NCBI GenBank assembly: GCA_902598405.1 | Contig: CACKBQ010000005.1 | Span: 3,013-67,012, forward strand | Reading direction: 5' to 3' | Source of the DNA: an uncultured Pelagibacteraceae bacterium | GTDB lineage: Bacteria > Pseudomonadota > Alphaproteobacteria > Pelagibacterales > AG-422-B15 | DNA: 64,000 bases | Shown here: positions 38,648-48,569 of the stretch, in pieces | Layout of the letters: every line of letters begins with the position of its first letter | Position numbering within the stretch: the first letter of the stretch is position 1 | The notes under the pieces: model-generated | What the model saw: the letters and a program-made list of their open reading frames with translations, nothing else | Database searches by the model: none | What the model was told of the DNA's origin: nothing | Made by a program: the position numbers and the translations under genes

Positions 38648-39154
38648 TTGATTAATATATATTTTTCAGATTATTATGTCATAGTGGCTGACTTAAATAC
38701 AATATCAAATAAATCTGCATCTCTACTTTATCTGCGTGAAGACAGAATCAAAAATTCATTAAATAGTTTTTTTGAAGTTGCAAAAATTCTGGAAAAAGAA
38801 ATTTTAGCAAGCCTTGATGATAAAAAATTGGGTATAGCTGATATTAGATGTCTTTTGATAATTAATATTAAGCCTGGAATAACATTTAATGAACTACTGA
38901 AGAAATTGGATATAAGGAAACAAAGCCTTAATCGTGTACTCAGAGTTCTAATCAAAGAAAACTTAATTATTCAAAAAATAAACAATGATGATGCAAGAAA
39001 AAAAAATTTATTTATGACAGATAATGCTAACAAGGCTTTAAACGAGGCAATAAAACCCATTATCAATTCACTTTCAAAAGCCTATGTAAAGTCTGGGGCT
39101 GGTTCAGTGCAAGGATTTAATCAAGTAATAAATTCATTTATAGAGGAACATTGA
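38648..39154 (+). CDS. MarR-family transcriptional regulator
   Basis: 168 aa with a winged-HTH 'GITFNELLKKLDIRKQSLNRVLRVLIKENLIIQKINNDDARKKNLFMTDNA'. The N-terminal part has no in-frame ATG, so the start must be non-ATG (TTG 38648 or GTG 38684). Confidence 0.7.
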   Translation: MINIYFSDYYVIVADLNTISNKSASLLYLREDRIKNSLNSFFEVAKILEKEILASLDDKKLGIADIRCLLIINIKPGITFNELLKKLDIRKQSLNRVLRVLIKENLIIQKINNDDARKKNLFMTDNANKALNEAIKPIINSLSKAYVKSGAGSVQGFNQVINSFIEEH

Positions 39155-39831
39155 TGAGTGAAAATAATCTACATATTCTTTTAGTTGATGATGATGATAA
39201 GATTAGAGAATTATTAAAGACGTTTTTAGTAGACAATAAGTACCTTGTATCAACAGCAAGTAATGCCGCTGAAGCAAAAGAGGTACTAAAATATATTACA
39301 TTTGATTTACTTGTTATTGACATAATGATGCCAGGACAAAATGGTTATGAATTAACAAAAGAAATTCGTGAAAAATCCCTAATACCTATAATCCATCTAA
39401 CTGCAATGGGAGAGACTGAAGACAGAGTCCATGGTTTAGAAATTGGAGCAGATGATTATTTGGGAAAACCTTTTGAACCAAAAGAATTGCTTTTACGCAT
39501 AAATAATATCTTAAATAAAACTTCTATAAAAAAAGAAACTAAACAAATTCAACTTGATAATATTATAGTTGATTTAAAAAGTGGTGTGATCAAGGGAAAA
39601 TCAACTGAACTATCTCTTAATGAGAACGAACTAAAAATATTGCGAATATTATCAAAATTTCCTGGTAAGTCATTTTCTAGAGAGGAGCTAATTACATCAC
39701 TTAATTTTAATCAAGAAAGAACATTGGACGTGTGTATAAATAGACTAAGAAAAAAAATTGAAAAAGACCCCAAGATTCCAAAATTTCTTAAAACTAAAAG
39801 AGGTTCTGGTTATGAGCTATGGATTGACTAA
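39151..39831 (+). CDS. OmpR-family response regulator
   Basis: 226 aa with a receiver domain 'ILLVDDD...DLLVIDIMMPG.NG' and a winged-helix output domain 'LT..E..IL..L......SRE.L.........R..DV.I.RLRKKIE.DP..P....T.RG.GY'. Confidence 0.9.
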   Translation: MMSENNLHILLVDDDDKIRELLKTFLVDNKYLVSTASNAAEAKEVLKYITFDLLVIDIMMPGQNGYELTKEIREKSLIPIIHLTAMGETEDRVHGLEIGADDYLGKPFEPKELLLRINNILNKTSIKKETKQIQLDNIIVDLKSGVIKGKSTELSLNENELKILRILSKFPGKSFSREELITSLNFNQERTLDVCINRLRKKIEKDPKIPKFLKTKRGSGYELWID

Positions 39832-41136
39832 ATGATTAAAAAAATTCTACCAACCAGTCTTTTAGGAAGAACAGTGTTAATTGTTTTGTTCCCAATAGTT
39901 ATGTTTCAATTAATAATTCTATCATATTACTATAATAGTTTGTGGGAACGCACACTCAACCGCCTATCAAGATCTGTTGCTATGGAAATAGAATTAATTT
40001 CTGACAGAATGCTCTCTAGTGAAATCAGGTTAGATCAGTATCAGGCCAAAAGTCAGTTTGGTGATTACTTTCTAATGAATATCCAAGAATTGAGTGAATA
40101 TGATTTGGAACAGTTAAAAGCCAAACAAAACGATAATCAAGTACTTGTCAGTCTAAAAAATGAATTGAGTACCAGAATTAAACATAAATTTTTTATCATT
40201 GAACAAGATAACGAAACAGTCGATGTTATGATAAGCACTTCAGAAAAAGTAATAAATTTTAACTTCCCAATTCATCGTATTACAACCTCAAGAAACCATA
40301 TATTTTTAGGTTGGCAGATTATTTCATCTTTTATCCTTATTTTGATAGCGTATTTATTTTTGAAGAATCAAGTTAAACCAATTTCGAATTTGGCTAAGGC
40401 AGCAGAACAATTTGGTAAAGGACAAGAAGTAAATAATTTCAAAGTATCAGGTGCTCTAGAGGTAAGGCAGGCAAGTTTGGAGTTTTTAAAAATGAAAAAT
40501 CGAATATCAAGACAAATTGAACAACGATCTCTTATGTTGGCGGGAGTGAGTCACGACTTAAAAACTCCCCTCACGAGAATGAAGTTACTTCTTGAATCAA
40601 TAAAAGATAATAAAATTAAAAATGAACTTAATTTAGAAATAAATCAGATGAATGAGATGCTAGTAGAATATTTAGATTTTGCAGCTATAAATGAGTCAAA
40701 AGATAAATCTACAATTAATCCTATTGAGGCAATAATAAATATTAAGAATGATATACATTTTACAAAACATGAAATTAACCTTGAAATTATTAATGATGAA
40801 GAAGTTTTTGTAAATGAGAATATTTTTTCTCGTTCAATTACAAATGTATTAAATAATGCGATTGTACAATCTGACAAAATAATAATTAAAGCAGATATAA
40901 ACAAAAACCTAATTAAAATAAACATTCATGACAATGGAATTGGTATTCCTGATAGTGAAAAAGATAATGTATTTAAACCTTTCTATAGAGTAGACCAAAG
41001 TAGAAATCAGAATGTCTCAAACTCTGGATTAGGTCTAGCTACTACTAAATCCTTATTGAATTCAATAAATGGAAAAATATCACTGCACGACAGTTATTTA
41101 GGAGGTTTAGAGGTTGCGATTGAAATACCAAATTAA
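39832..41136 (+). CDS. EnvZ-like sensor histidine kinase
   Basis: 434 aa with two TM segments, a HAMP region, the H-box 'MLAGVSHDLKTPLTRM', the N-box 'NVLNNA' and the G-boxes 'DNGIGI' and 'GLGLA'. Confidence 0.85.
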   Translation: MIKKILPTSLLGRTVLIVLFPIVMFQLIILSYYYNSLWERTLNRLSRSVAMEIELISDRMLSSEIRLDQYQAKSQFGDYFLMNIQELSEYDLEQLKAKQNDNQVLVSLKNELSTRIKHKFFIIEQDNETVDVMISTSEKVINFNFPIHRITTSRNHIFLGWQIISSFILILIAYLFLKNQVKPISNLAKAAEQFGKGQEVNNFKVSGALEVRQASLEFLKMKNRISRQIEQRSLMLAGVSHDLKTPLTRMKLLLESIKDNKIKNELNLEINQMNEMLVEYLDFAAINESKDKSTINPIEAIINIKNDIHFTKHEINLEIINDEEVFVNENIFSRSITNVLNNAIVQSDKIIIKADINKNLIKINIHDNGIGIPDSEKDNVFKPFYRVDQSRNQNVSNSGLGLATTKSLLNSINGKISLHDSYLGGLEVAIEIPN

Positions 41137-41984
41137 GAAATTTTACTCAATTCTCTAGATCTTTTTGTTGCTTTGTTGACAGCTCTTGTAAGAAGACTTT
41201 TTAATCCTTTATTGGAAGCAAGAATACTCAGCGCTGCTTCAGTGGTGCCTCCCTTACTTGTCACCTTTTTCTGTAAATCAGATGGCTTTTTTTGCCCACT
41301 TAATAAAAGTAATATTGATCCTAAGAAAGTCTGTAAAACCATACTGTCCGAATTTTTAAACCCCGATTTATTAGCTATCTCAATGAGAGAATTTATAAAA
41401 AGATATATATATGCTGGACCGCTCCCAAAAATTGCAGTGAAATCATCAATTAAATCTTCTTTTTTAGTTTCACTGACTTGCCCCAATAAGGACATGAAAT
41501 TAAAAATAGGTTTTTTTTGTTTCGTTTTTATTTTTCTCTCAAAATATACAATTGTAGTACCCATATTAACAGATACAGGAGTATTAGTCATAGCTCTTAC
41601 AATGCCTGATGTTTTTTTGAAGACTTTATTTAAATCTTTTATTTTTTTACCAGCAACTATGGAAACTATAATTGAATTACCGAGTCTATTATCTTTATCT
41701 AATCCATTCAGTGTTTTTAATTGATTAGGCTTAACGGCAATAAGTGTGATCGTAGGTTGATAAAGATTATTAATTTTATCTATGCTATTTTTTATTTCAA
41801 AATTATTTGATCTTTTTAATTTTTTCAATTCACTTGACTGATTCTTTTCAATAACCACGATTTTTTTTGAGGAAATTCTGTGGTTAAATAATGACTTGAT
41901 CACAGCAATTCCCATATTGCCAGCGCCAATTATTAAAAATTTTTCTTTATTTAAACTACTTGCAGTGTTTTTTTTCTTTGGCAT
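41133..41984 (-). CDS. proC: Pyrroline-5-carboxylate reductase
   Basis: 283 aa with 'IIGAGNMGIAVIKSL' and 'VTSKGGTTEAAL'. Confidence 0.85.
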   Translation of the reverse strand: MPKKKNTASSLNKEKFLIIGAGNMGIAVIKSLFNHRISSKKIVVIEKNQSSELKKLKRSNNFEIKNSIDKINNLYQPTITLIAVKPNQLKTLNGLDKDNRLGNSIIVSIVAGKKIKDLNKVFKKTSGIVRAMTNTPVSVNMGTTIVYFERKIKTKQKKPIFNFMSLLGQVSETKKEDLIDDFTAIFGSGPAYIYLFINSLIEIANKSGFKNSDSMVLQTFLGSILLLLSGQKKPSDLQKKVTSKGGTTEAALSILASNKGLKSLLTRAVNKATKRSRELSKIS

Positions 41985-42110
41985 TATTTCTATCTTTTTT
42001 AAACTTTTTTATTGTTTTGTATTCATCATTGATCGCTTGCGAAAGCTCAAAGCCTTTTGTAACAAAGTTAATAAATTTATTAATTAAAACTTTCCTTGTG
42101 ATCATAATTA

Positions 42111-42959
42111 GTGATAAATATATTTAAAATATTATTCAAAAATAACGTGATTTATCTTAGTTTTCCATCTATTAGTCCAGTTTTTTTTTCGATTGGTCCT
42201 CTTGATATCCGTTGGTACTCACTTGCGTATATTGTAGGATTTATATTTGCTTGGAGATACATTAAATATCTCGCTTCAAATAAAGCAGTTTCTCATAGTA
42301 ATAACATCAATGAAAAACTAATAGATGATCTAATTTTTTATTCAATAATTGGATTAATTATAGGAGCACGATTGGGATATGTGATTTTCTATAATTTTGA
42401 TTATTACTCTGAAAATCTAATTGAGATATTATATCTTTGGCAAGGAGGTTTATCCTTTCACGGAGGTTTGCTTGGTATTGTTACAGCCGCCATAATAATT
42501 TCAAAGTTCTATAAAACTACTTTTTTTGAAATAAGCGATTTGATATGTGTATCAGCTCCTGTTGGAATATTTTTTGGCAGAATATCTAATTTTATTAATG
42601 GCGAATTATTTGGTAGACCTTCAAATTTTCTTATTGGAATGAAATTTCCAAACGCTGACAACCAGTATCGTCATCCGAGTCAATTATATGAAGCTTTTTT
42701 AGAAGGACTTTTATTATTTATAATTTTAAATTTTTTAATTTTTAAATTTAAAAAACTTAAAAACCCTGGAATAATTTCAGGTGTCTTTCTGATGCTTTAT
42801 GGATTATTTCGATTTACTGTTGAATTTACACGTGAGCCCGACATTCAATTAGGATTTGTATATCATTTTTTTACAATGGGCATGATATTATCTTTACCAA
42901 TGTTTCTTGCTGGAATTTTAATTTTAGTAATTAAAAGCATTAAAAATGATACAAGATAA
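42111..42959 (+). CDS. lgt: Prolipoprotein diacylglyceryl transferase
   Basis: 282 aa with 'SPVFFSIGPLDIRWYSLAYIVGF', 'W.GGLSFHGGLLG', 'GR..NFINGEL.GRP' and 'RHPSQLYEAFLEG'. It has a GTG start. Confidence 0.9.
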   Translation: MINIFKILFKNNVIYLSFPSISPVFFSIGPLDIRWYSLAYIVGFIFAWRYIKYLASNKAVSHSNNINEKLIDDLIFYSIIGLIIGARLGYVIFYNFDYYSENLIEILYLWQGGLSFHGGLLGIVTAAIIISKFYKTTFFEISDLICVSAPVGIFFGRISNFINGELFGRPSNFLIGMKFPNADNQYRHPSQLYEAFLEGLLLFIILNFLIFKFKKLKNPGIISGVFLMLYGLFRFTVEFTREPDIQLGFVYHFFTMGMILSLPMFLAGILILVIKSIKNDTR

Positions 42960-43974
42960 AATTTACGATGCTTTAAAAGAAAGTGCATTTCTCTATCTAG
43001 ATGATTTTATGAATATTTCATTAAGAGATGAAGAGCATGGATACTATACGTCTAACAAAGCTATAGGCAAAGATGGAGATTTTGTTACTGCACCTGAAAT
43101 ATCTCAAATGTTTGGTGAAATAATTGCTGTAAAAATATTAAACCTCATTCATGCAAGAAACATAAAAAAGTTTAATTTAATTGAACTAGGACCAGGAAGA
43201 GGTGCTCTAATAAACGATATTACTAGAGTACTCAATGCTTTATTAGATGAAGATGTCGAGTATACAATTCACTTTAATGAAATTAATAAATTCTATATTC
43301 AAAATCTAAAAAATACCTATCCTAATTGTAAGATACATAAAAATTTCAATTCATATCCTAGTGAATTTTCAATAATAATTGCAAATGAGTTTTTTGATGC
43401 GATTCCTACGCGCCAATTAGTGAGTAGGAACGGAAATATTTATGAAACAGTTATTAAATTAGATAAAAAGGATAGTCTAAAATTTGACTTTATTAAACCT
43501 AGAAAAGATATTTCTAAATTTGTAAACAATACGCAAGACCTTAAACATCTTGAGGTAATTGAATTTTCTCCTGAGACTAATTCAATCTTTCGGGAATTGA
43601 TCAATTTCTTGCTTATGAATAATGGTTTTTTCTTACTAATTGATTATGGATATATTAATCTACCTAAAATAAGTACTCTTCAGTCAATCAAATCAAATAA
43701 AAAAACTGCTTTCCTTGATAACCCAGGTAATCAAGATATCACATATCATGTAGACTTTAATAACCTGCAAAATATTTTAGAAGAAAATAAAATTGATGAC
43801 TTTATAATAAATACTCAATCTAATTTCCTTCGGCAAAATGGAATTTTAGATCGAGCTAATATCTTAATTAAGAAAAACCCAAAGAAAAAGAAGCAAATAA
43901 ACGAACAGTTGGCAATACTTACCAAAAGAGAATATATGGGAAATTTATTTAAAGTTTTGGAAATTAATATTTGA
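42946..43974 (+). CDS. SAM-dependent methyltransferase, DUF185 (MidA/NDUFAF7-like)
   Basis: 342 aa with 'HGYYTS...IGKDGDFVTAPEISQMFGE' and 'ELGPGRGAL'. Confidence 0.75.
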   Translation: MIQDKIYDALKESAFLYLDDFMNISLRDEEHGYYTSNKAIGKDGDFVTAPEISQMFGEIIAVKILNLIHARNIKKFNLIELGPGRGALINDITRVLNALLDEDVEYTIHFNEINKFYIQNLKNTYPNCKIHKNFNSYPSEFSIIIANEFFDAIPTRQLVSRNGNIYETVIKLDKKDSLKFDFIKPRKDISKFVNNTQDLKHLEVIEFSPETNSIFRELINFLLMNNGFFLLIDYGYINLPKISTLQSIKSNKKTAFLDNPGNQDITYHVDFNNLQNILEENKIDDFIINTQSNFLRQNGILDRANILIKKNPKKKKQINEQLAILTKREYMGNLFKVLEINI

Positions 43975-44729
43975 TGTTTTTTACTAAAAATCTCTCAAAT
44001 ATAGATCATTGTTTCTTTTCAAGATTGGGTGGCGTTTCGCAAGGAAAATATAAATCATTAAATTGTGGAAAAGGATCAAAAGACGAGAATGGTGCTATTG
44101 AAGAAAATTTATTTGCTATTTCTAGATATTACGGTTTAAAAAAGTCTGATGTTATTACTATGCATCAAACACACTCTTCTAATGCAATAGTTTTAGATAG
44201 CAGCAATAAGTCTGAAATTTTAAAATGTGATGGGATTGTAACTAAAGAAAATAATAAAATATTATCAGTATTAACAGCTGATTGTGCTCCATTATTATTT
44301 TATGAAGTAAAAAATAAAATAATAGGAGCTTGTCATGCAGGCTGGAAAGGTGCCTTGAACGGTATAATTCAAAATACAATTTTACAAATAACTAAGCTGG
44401 GTGGAAAGAGGGATAATATACACTGCAGTATTGGCCCATGCATAAGACAAAAATCCTATGAAGTAAGATTACCTTTTTATAAAAACTTCATTAAACAAGA
44501 TCAAGATAATGCAAGGTTTTTTCAAAAAAATCATAACAATAGATATCTGTTTTCGCTTACTGAATTCATTCTCAAGATACTTTCTGATGAGCAAATTACT
44601 AATCACGAGGTTGTTAATGTCGATACTTACAGCGAAGAAACATTATGTTTTAGCTATCGAAGAAATTATAAAAAAAATATAACCGATTATGGTAGAATGA
44701 TTTCAACAATTGTTATAAAAGACAGATAA
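43971..44729 (+). CDS. pgeF: YfiH/PgeF-family purine nucleoside phosphorylase / laccase-domain protein
   Basis: 252 aa with 'MHQTHS', 'DGIVT', 'LTADCAP' and 'HAGWKG'. Confidence 0.8.
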   Translation: MMFFTKNLSNIDHCFFSRLGGVSQGKYKSLNCGKGSKDENGAIEENLFAISRYYGLKKSDVITMHQTHSSNAIVLDSSNKSEILKCDGIVTKENNKILSVLTADCAPLLFYEVKNKIIGACHAGWKGALNGIIQNTILQITKLGGKRDNIHCSIGPCIRQKSYEVRLPFYKNFIKQDQDNARFFQKNHNNRYLFSLTEFILKILSDEQITNHEVVNVDTYSEETLCFSYRRNYKKNITDYGRMISTIVIKDR

Positions 44730-44731
44730 AT

Positions 44732-45667
44732 ATGAGAATTATTGCAGGAAACAGCAATTTACCTTTATCTAAGAGCGTCGCAGAATATCTTGGCGAAAAC
44801 CTTACAAATGCTTCTATTACAAGATTTGCTGATGATGAAGTTTATGTAGAAATTAAAGAAAACATTCGAGGTGAGGATGTATTTGTAATGGAGTCTCTAT
44901 CTTACCCAGCGAATGACAATATAATGGAACTACTGGTGATGATAGACGCACTTAAAAGAGCTTCAGCAAAAAGGATTACTGCTGTAATCCCTTATTATGG
45001 ATATGCACGTCAAGACAGAAAACCAGGGCCAAGAACTCCTATATCAGCAAAATTAGTTGCAAATTTAATAACAACTGCTGGAGCAGACAGAGTGCTTACT
45101 TTAGATCTTCATGCTGAACAGATACAGGGATTTTTTGACATACCAACAGATAATTTATTTGCAGGTCCAGTATTTTCAAAAGACATAAAAGAAAAATATG
45201 AAATTAGTAATCTAGTTGCAGTTTCTCCTGATATTGGTGGAGTAGTGAGGGCAAGAGCGATTGCAAATAAGATCGGAGCCTCAATTGCTATTGTTGATAA
45301 AAGAAGACCCAGAGCAGGTGAAAGTGAAGTAATGAATATCATTGGAGATGTAAAAGGAAAAGATTGTATTATTCTAGATGATATCATTGACTCAGCGGGA
45401 ACAATTTGTAATGCAGCTGACAAAATTATAGATTTAGGAGCTAACAGTATCACTTCTTATGTTACGCACGGAGTATTAACAGGTAAGGCCTTAGAGAAAA
45501 TTAGTGCATCAAAATTGACTGAACTAGTAATCACAGATTCAATCAATAATCAGGAAAAATTAAAAGCTTGTGAGAAAATTAGGTCGATTAGTATTTCAGA
45601 TTTATTGGGCGAGGCAATTAAAAGGATATCCGAGGCGAGCTCAGTATCAAGTCTATTTGAATTTTAA
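44732..45667 (+). CDS. prs: Ribose-phosphate pyrophosphokinase
   Basis: 311 aa with '[18 protein letters not shown]', '[12 protein letters not shown]' and '[11 protein letters not shown]'. Confidence 0.95.
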   Translation: MRIIAGNSNLPLSKSVAEYLGENLTNASITRFADDEVYVEIKENIRGEDVFVMESLSYPANDNIMELLVMIDALKRASAKRITAVIPYYGYARQDRKPGPRTPISAKLVANLITTAGADRVLTLDLHAEQIQGFFDIPTDNLFAGPVFSKDIKEKYEISNLVAVSPDIGGVVRARAIANKIGASIAIVDKRRPRAGESEVMNIIGDVKGKDCIILDDIIDSAGTICNAADKIIDLGANSITSYVTHGVLTGKALEKISASKLTELVITDSINNQEKLKACEKIRSISISDLLGEAIKRISEASSVSSLFEF

Positions 45668-45718
45668 TTTATATACTTGCCATATAGGTAATTTTAATTT
45701 AATACCAACCTCATCATC

Positions 45719-46420
45719 ATGAGTAAAGAAAGTAATTTAAACGCTGAAATCAGGGATGGATCTGGTAAATCCGCTGTGAAAAAAGTACTAGCTGCAGGTA
45801 AGATTCCTTCAGTTATGTATGGTTTAGGTGAAAACCCTGTAAATATTTCATTAGATAAGATTACAGTTCAAAAAGAGATCAATTCTGGTGGTTTCCTAAC
45901 TAGAATATTTTCACTTAACATTGATGGAAAGAAAAGCTTAGCAATTCCAAGAGAGGTTCAATTTGATCCACTTTCTGATCAACCTATACACATTGATTTT
46001 TTAAGACTAGCAGCAGACTCAAAAATTACGCTGGACATTCCCACTAGGTTTATAAACGAAGAGTTATCACCTGGATTAAAACGAGGTGGTGTTCTAAATG
46101 TTAATAGACGTACTGTTCAACTAAGTTGTCCTGCTAACAATATACCAGAAGAAATAGTTTTCGATCTAGAGGGTTTAGAAATAGGTGACACAATCAGAAT
46201 TTCTGCAGCAAATTTAGGTGATGGAATTTCTCCAACAATTAGTGATAGAGATTTCACCGTGGCATCTGTTGCTGCACCTACTGTTGTAAAAGAACCTGAG
46301 GCTCCTGCAGAAGGTGAAGCTGCTGAAGGTGAAGCTGCTGAGGGTGGTGCCGCTGCTGAAGATAAAAAAGATGCATCTCCAGAGGCTGATAACAAAGAAG
46401 AAAACAAAGATAAAGAATAA
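45719..46420 (+). CDS. rplY: 50S ribosomal protein L25 / general stress protein Ctc, with an acidic Ala/Glu-rich tail
   Basis: 233 aa with 'R...GK.A.KK....GKIP.V.YG' and 'R.VQ.DP.....HIDF.R'. The C-terminal tail is 'EPEAPAEGEAAEGEAAEGGAAAEDKKD'. Confidence 0.9.
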   Translation: MSKESNLNAEIRDGSGKSAVKKVLAAGKIPSVMYGLGENPVNISLDKITVQKEINSGGFLTRIFSLNIDGKKSLAIPREVQFDPLSDQPIHIDFLRLAADSKITLDIPTRFINEELSPGLKRGGVLNVNRRTVQLSCPANNIPEEIVFDLEGLEIGDTIRISAANLGDGISPTISDRDFTVASVAAPTVVKEPEAPAEGEAAEGEAAEGGAAAEDKKDASPEADNKEENKDKE

Positions 46421-46465
46421 CACTTTTTCTTTTACCTATTTTAATATTTATATATCTTCAATCTT

Positions 46466-47020
46466 ATGATTGCATTAATCGGATTAGGGAATCCTGGTAC
46501 AAAGCATAAAAATAATAGACATAATGTGGGCTATTTATTTATCGATCAGCTTTTACAAGATCATGATGATGTAATGAGAGAAAAGAAATTTGATGGGGAG
46601 TTGGCGTCGTTTCTTATTGGAAAGAAAAAAATATACACCTTTAAATCCAATGATTATATGAATGAGTGTGGTAAAAGTATTGCAACTTTTTTAAACTTTT
46701 TCAAAATTAAATCAAATTTAACTTATGTTATTCATGATGATCTAGATATCACTTTAGGAAAAATAAAAATCAAGTTGGGGGGTTCTTCCGCAGGTCATAA
46801 TGGGCTCAAATCAATAGATAGTAAAATTGGAAAAAATTATAATAGAATAAGAATAGGTATAAATCATCCGGGCAATAAAGACATGGTTAATAAACATGTA
46901 TTAAGTAATTTTAAAAAAAGTGAATTAGAAGTTATTAATAAATTAAATATAAAAATGTCTGAAAACATAAAAGTACTTTTGGATGGAGAAAAATCCAAAT
47001 TTATTAATAATTTAAAATAA
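46466..47020 (+). CDS. pth: Peptidyl-tRNA hydrolase
   Basis: 184 aa with 'LIGLGNPG.KH.NNRHNVG', 'HDDLD' and 'GGS.AGHNGLKSI'. Confidence 0.9.
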   Translation: MIALIGLGNPGTKHKNNRHNVGYLFIDQLLQDHDDVMREKKFDGELASFLIGKKKIYTFKSNDYMNECGKSIATFLNFFKIKSNLTYVIHDDLDITLGKIKIKLGGSSAGHNGLKSIDSKIGKNYNRIRIGINHPGNKDMVNKHVLSNFKKSELEVINKLNIKMSENIKVLLDGEKSKFINNLK

Positions 47021-47026
47021 TTGATC

Positions 47027-48115
47027 ATGGGATTTAAGTGTGGAATTGTTGGATTGCCAAATGTTGGGAAATCAACATTGTTCAATGCATTAACAAAGAA
47101 AATAGCCGCTGAAGCAGCAAACTACCCTTTTTGTACCATTGAACCAAATGAGGGTACTGTAATAGTGCCTGATACAAGAGTAGAAACTCTATCAAATTTA
47201 GCAAAATCAAAAAAAACAATACCAACATCTCTTAGTTTTTACGATATAGCGGGTTTAGTTAAAGGCGCTTCTAAAGGAGAGGGACTCGGAAATAAATTTT
47301 TATCTCATATTAGAGAAGTAGATGCAGTTATTCATGTGGTTCGCTGTTTTGAAGATACTAATATAACTCATGTAAACAATAAAATAGATCCTGTTGATGA
47401 TGTTGAAACGATAAATACTGAATTAGTTCTATCTGACATCGAACAACTCGAAAAAATAAATAAAGGACTAGAAAAACTAGTAAAAAAAGGTGATAAAGAG
47501 GCCAAATTAAAAACAGAGGCTTTGAACCTTCTACTTAAACACTTGGAATCAGGCCAGCCTGCTATTTTAATGAAGAATTTAAATGAAATCTTCGCGCATA
47601 TAAAAGAGTTCAACTTAATAACAATCAAGCCGACAATTTACGTATGTAATGTTGATGAAAGTTCAATAATTGAAGGTAATGAACTAACTTTAAAAATTGA
47701 AAATTTTCTAAATTCTAAATTAATTAAGATTTCAGCAGAAATTGAGTCACAAATCTCGTCTTTAAATGAAGACGATCAAAAAGATTATCTTGAAAGTCTA
47801 GGATTAGATGAGTCTGGCTTGAATAAGGTTATAAAAGCTGGATATTCGACTCTTAACTTAATTACTTATTTCACAGCTGGCGAACAAGAAACAAGGGCAT
47901 GGACGATTGAAAATGGCACTACTGCACCAAAAGCAGCTGGAAAAATTCACACAGACTTTGAGAAAGGCTTTATTAGAGCTGAAACTATATCATATACAGA
48001 TTATTTAGATTGTGAAGGAGAGTTAAAAGCGAAAGAACTTGGAAAGATGCGTAGCGAAGGTAAGGATTATGTAGTACAAGATGGTGATGTAATGCATTTT
48101 TTATTTAATAATTAA
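47027..48115 (+). CDS. ychF: Ribosome-binding ATPase YchF
   Basis: 'MGFKCGIVGLPNVGKSTLFNALT' is essentially identical to the E. coli YchF N-terminus. I therefore chose the ATG at 47027 over the TTG at 47021. The C-terminal TGS-like part is 'RAWTI..GTTAP.AAG.IHTDFE.GFIRAE'. Confidence 0.95.
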   Translation: MGFKCGIVGLPNVGKSTLFNALTKKIAAEAANYPFCTIEPNEGTVIVPDTRVETLSNLAKSKKTIPTSLSFYDIAGLVKGASKGEGLGNKFLSHIREVDAVIHVVRCFEDTNITHVNNKIDPVDDVETINTELVLSDIEQLEKINKGLEKLVKKGDKEAKLKTEALNLLLKHLESGQPAILMKNLNEIFAHIKEFNLITIKPTIYVCNVDESSIIEGNELTLKIENFLNSKLIKISAEIESQISSLNEDDQKDYLESLGLDESGLNKVIKAGYSTLNLITYFTAGEQETRAWTIENGTTAPKAAGKIHTDFEKGFIRAETISYTDYLDCEGELKAKELGKMRSEGKDYVVQDGDVMHFLFNN

Positions 48116-48117
48116 CC

Positions 48118-48564
48118 ATGGACCATAAACTAGAATTTCCTACATATGAAGAAATGCACGAAAAAGCGGTTAAGCTTGCGCATCTCATAAAAGAAAAAAA
48201 TATTAAATTTGATAAAATGGTTGTTGTCTCTCGAGGTGGATTTGTACCTGCTTCAGTTGTCGCTTACACTCTTGGAATCCAAGACGTAGATATTGTTTCC
48301 ATACAAAGTTATATCCATAGAGAGGCTGGAAAAGCAATTGTTCACAGGGCTCCGAAAACTGATGAAGTTGTACTCGTCATAGATGATATTGTTGATAAGG
48401 GCGGTACCGCTAAAGCGCTAAAGGAATATATGCCTAATATGCACTTAGCTGTAATATATGCGAAACCAAGAGGTCTACCTCTAGCTGATACATACGTTGA
48501 GGAAATCACACAAGAAACTTGGCCTGTCTTCCCCTGGGATGAGGAAGACAAAGCCAATCATTAA
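48118..48564 (+). CDS. gpt: Xanthine-guanine phosphoribosyltransferase
   Basis: 148 aa, collinear with E. coli Gpt: 'VSRGGFVPA', 'VIDDIVDKGGTA', 'YAKP.G.PL.D.YV.EI.Q.TW..FPWD'. Confidence 0.85.
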   Translation: MDHKLEFPTYEEMHEKAVKLAHLIKEKNIKFDKMVVVSRGGFVPASVVAYTLGIQDVDIVSIQSYIHREAGKAIVHRAPKTDEVVLVIDDIVDKGGTAKALKEYMPNMHLAVIYAKPRGLPLADTYVEEITQETWPVFPWDEEDKANH

Positions 48565-48569
48565 CTAAA

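Noticed and set aside
41173-41724. 183-aa ORF antisense to proC. The same applies to 41896-42087, 45109-45453, 46117-46423, 46864-47085, 47368-47628, 48342-48557, 48946-49887 (three ORFs), 53975-54394, 54764-55560, 58220-58450, 60720-61448, 62543-62725 and 62722-63201.
   Set aside because: The reasoning is the same: these are shadow ORFs of well-supported genes (proC, prs, rplY, pth/ychF, gpt, permease, greA, cca, EEP/crcB, TPR, ETF-QO).
46310-46354. Short tandem repeats considered as a possible CRISPR-like or other non-coding array.
   Set aside because: The repeat units are contiguous with no spacers, they lie in frame inside rplY, and they encode a low-complexity acidic tail. No CRISPR array is present anywhere in the window.
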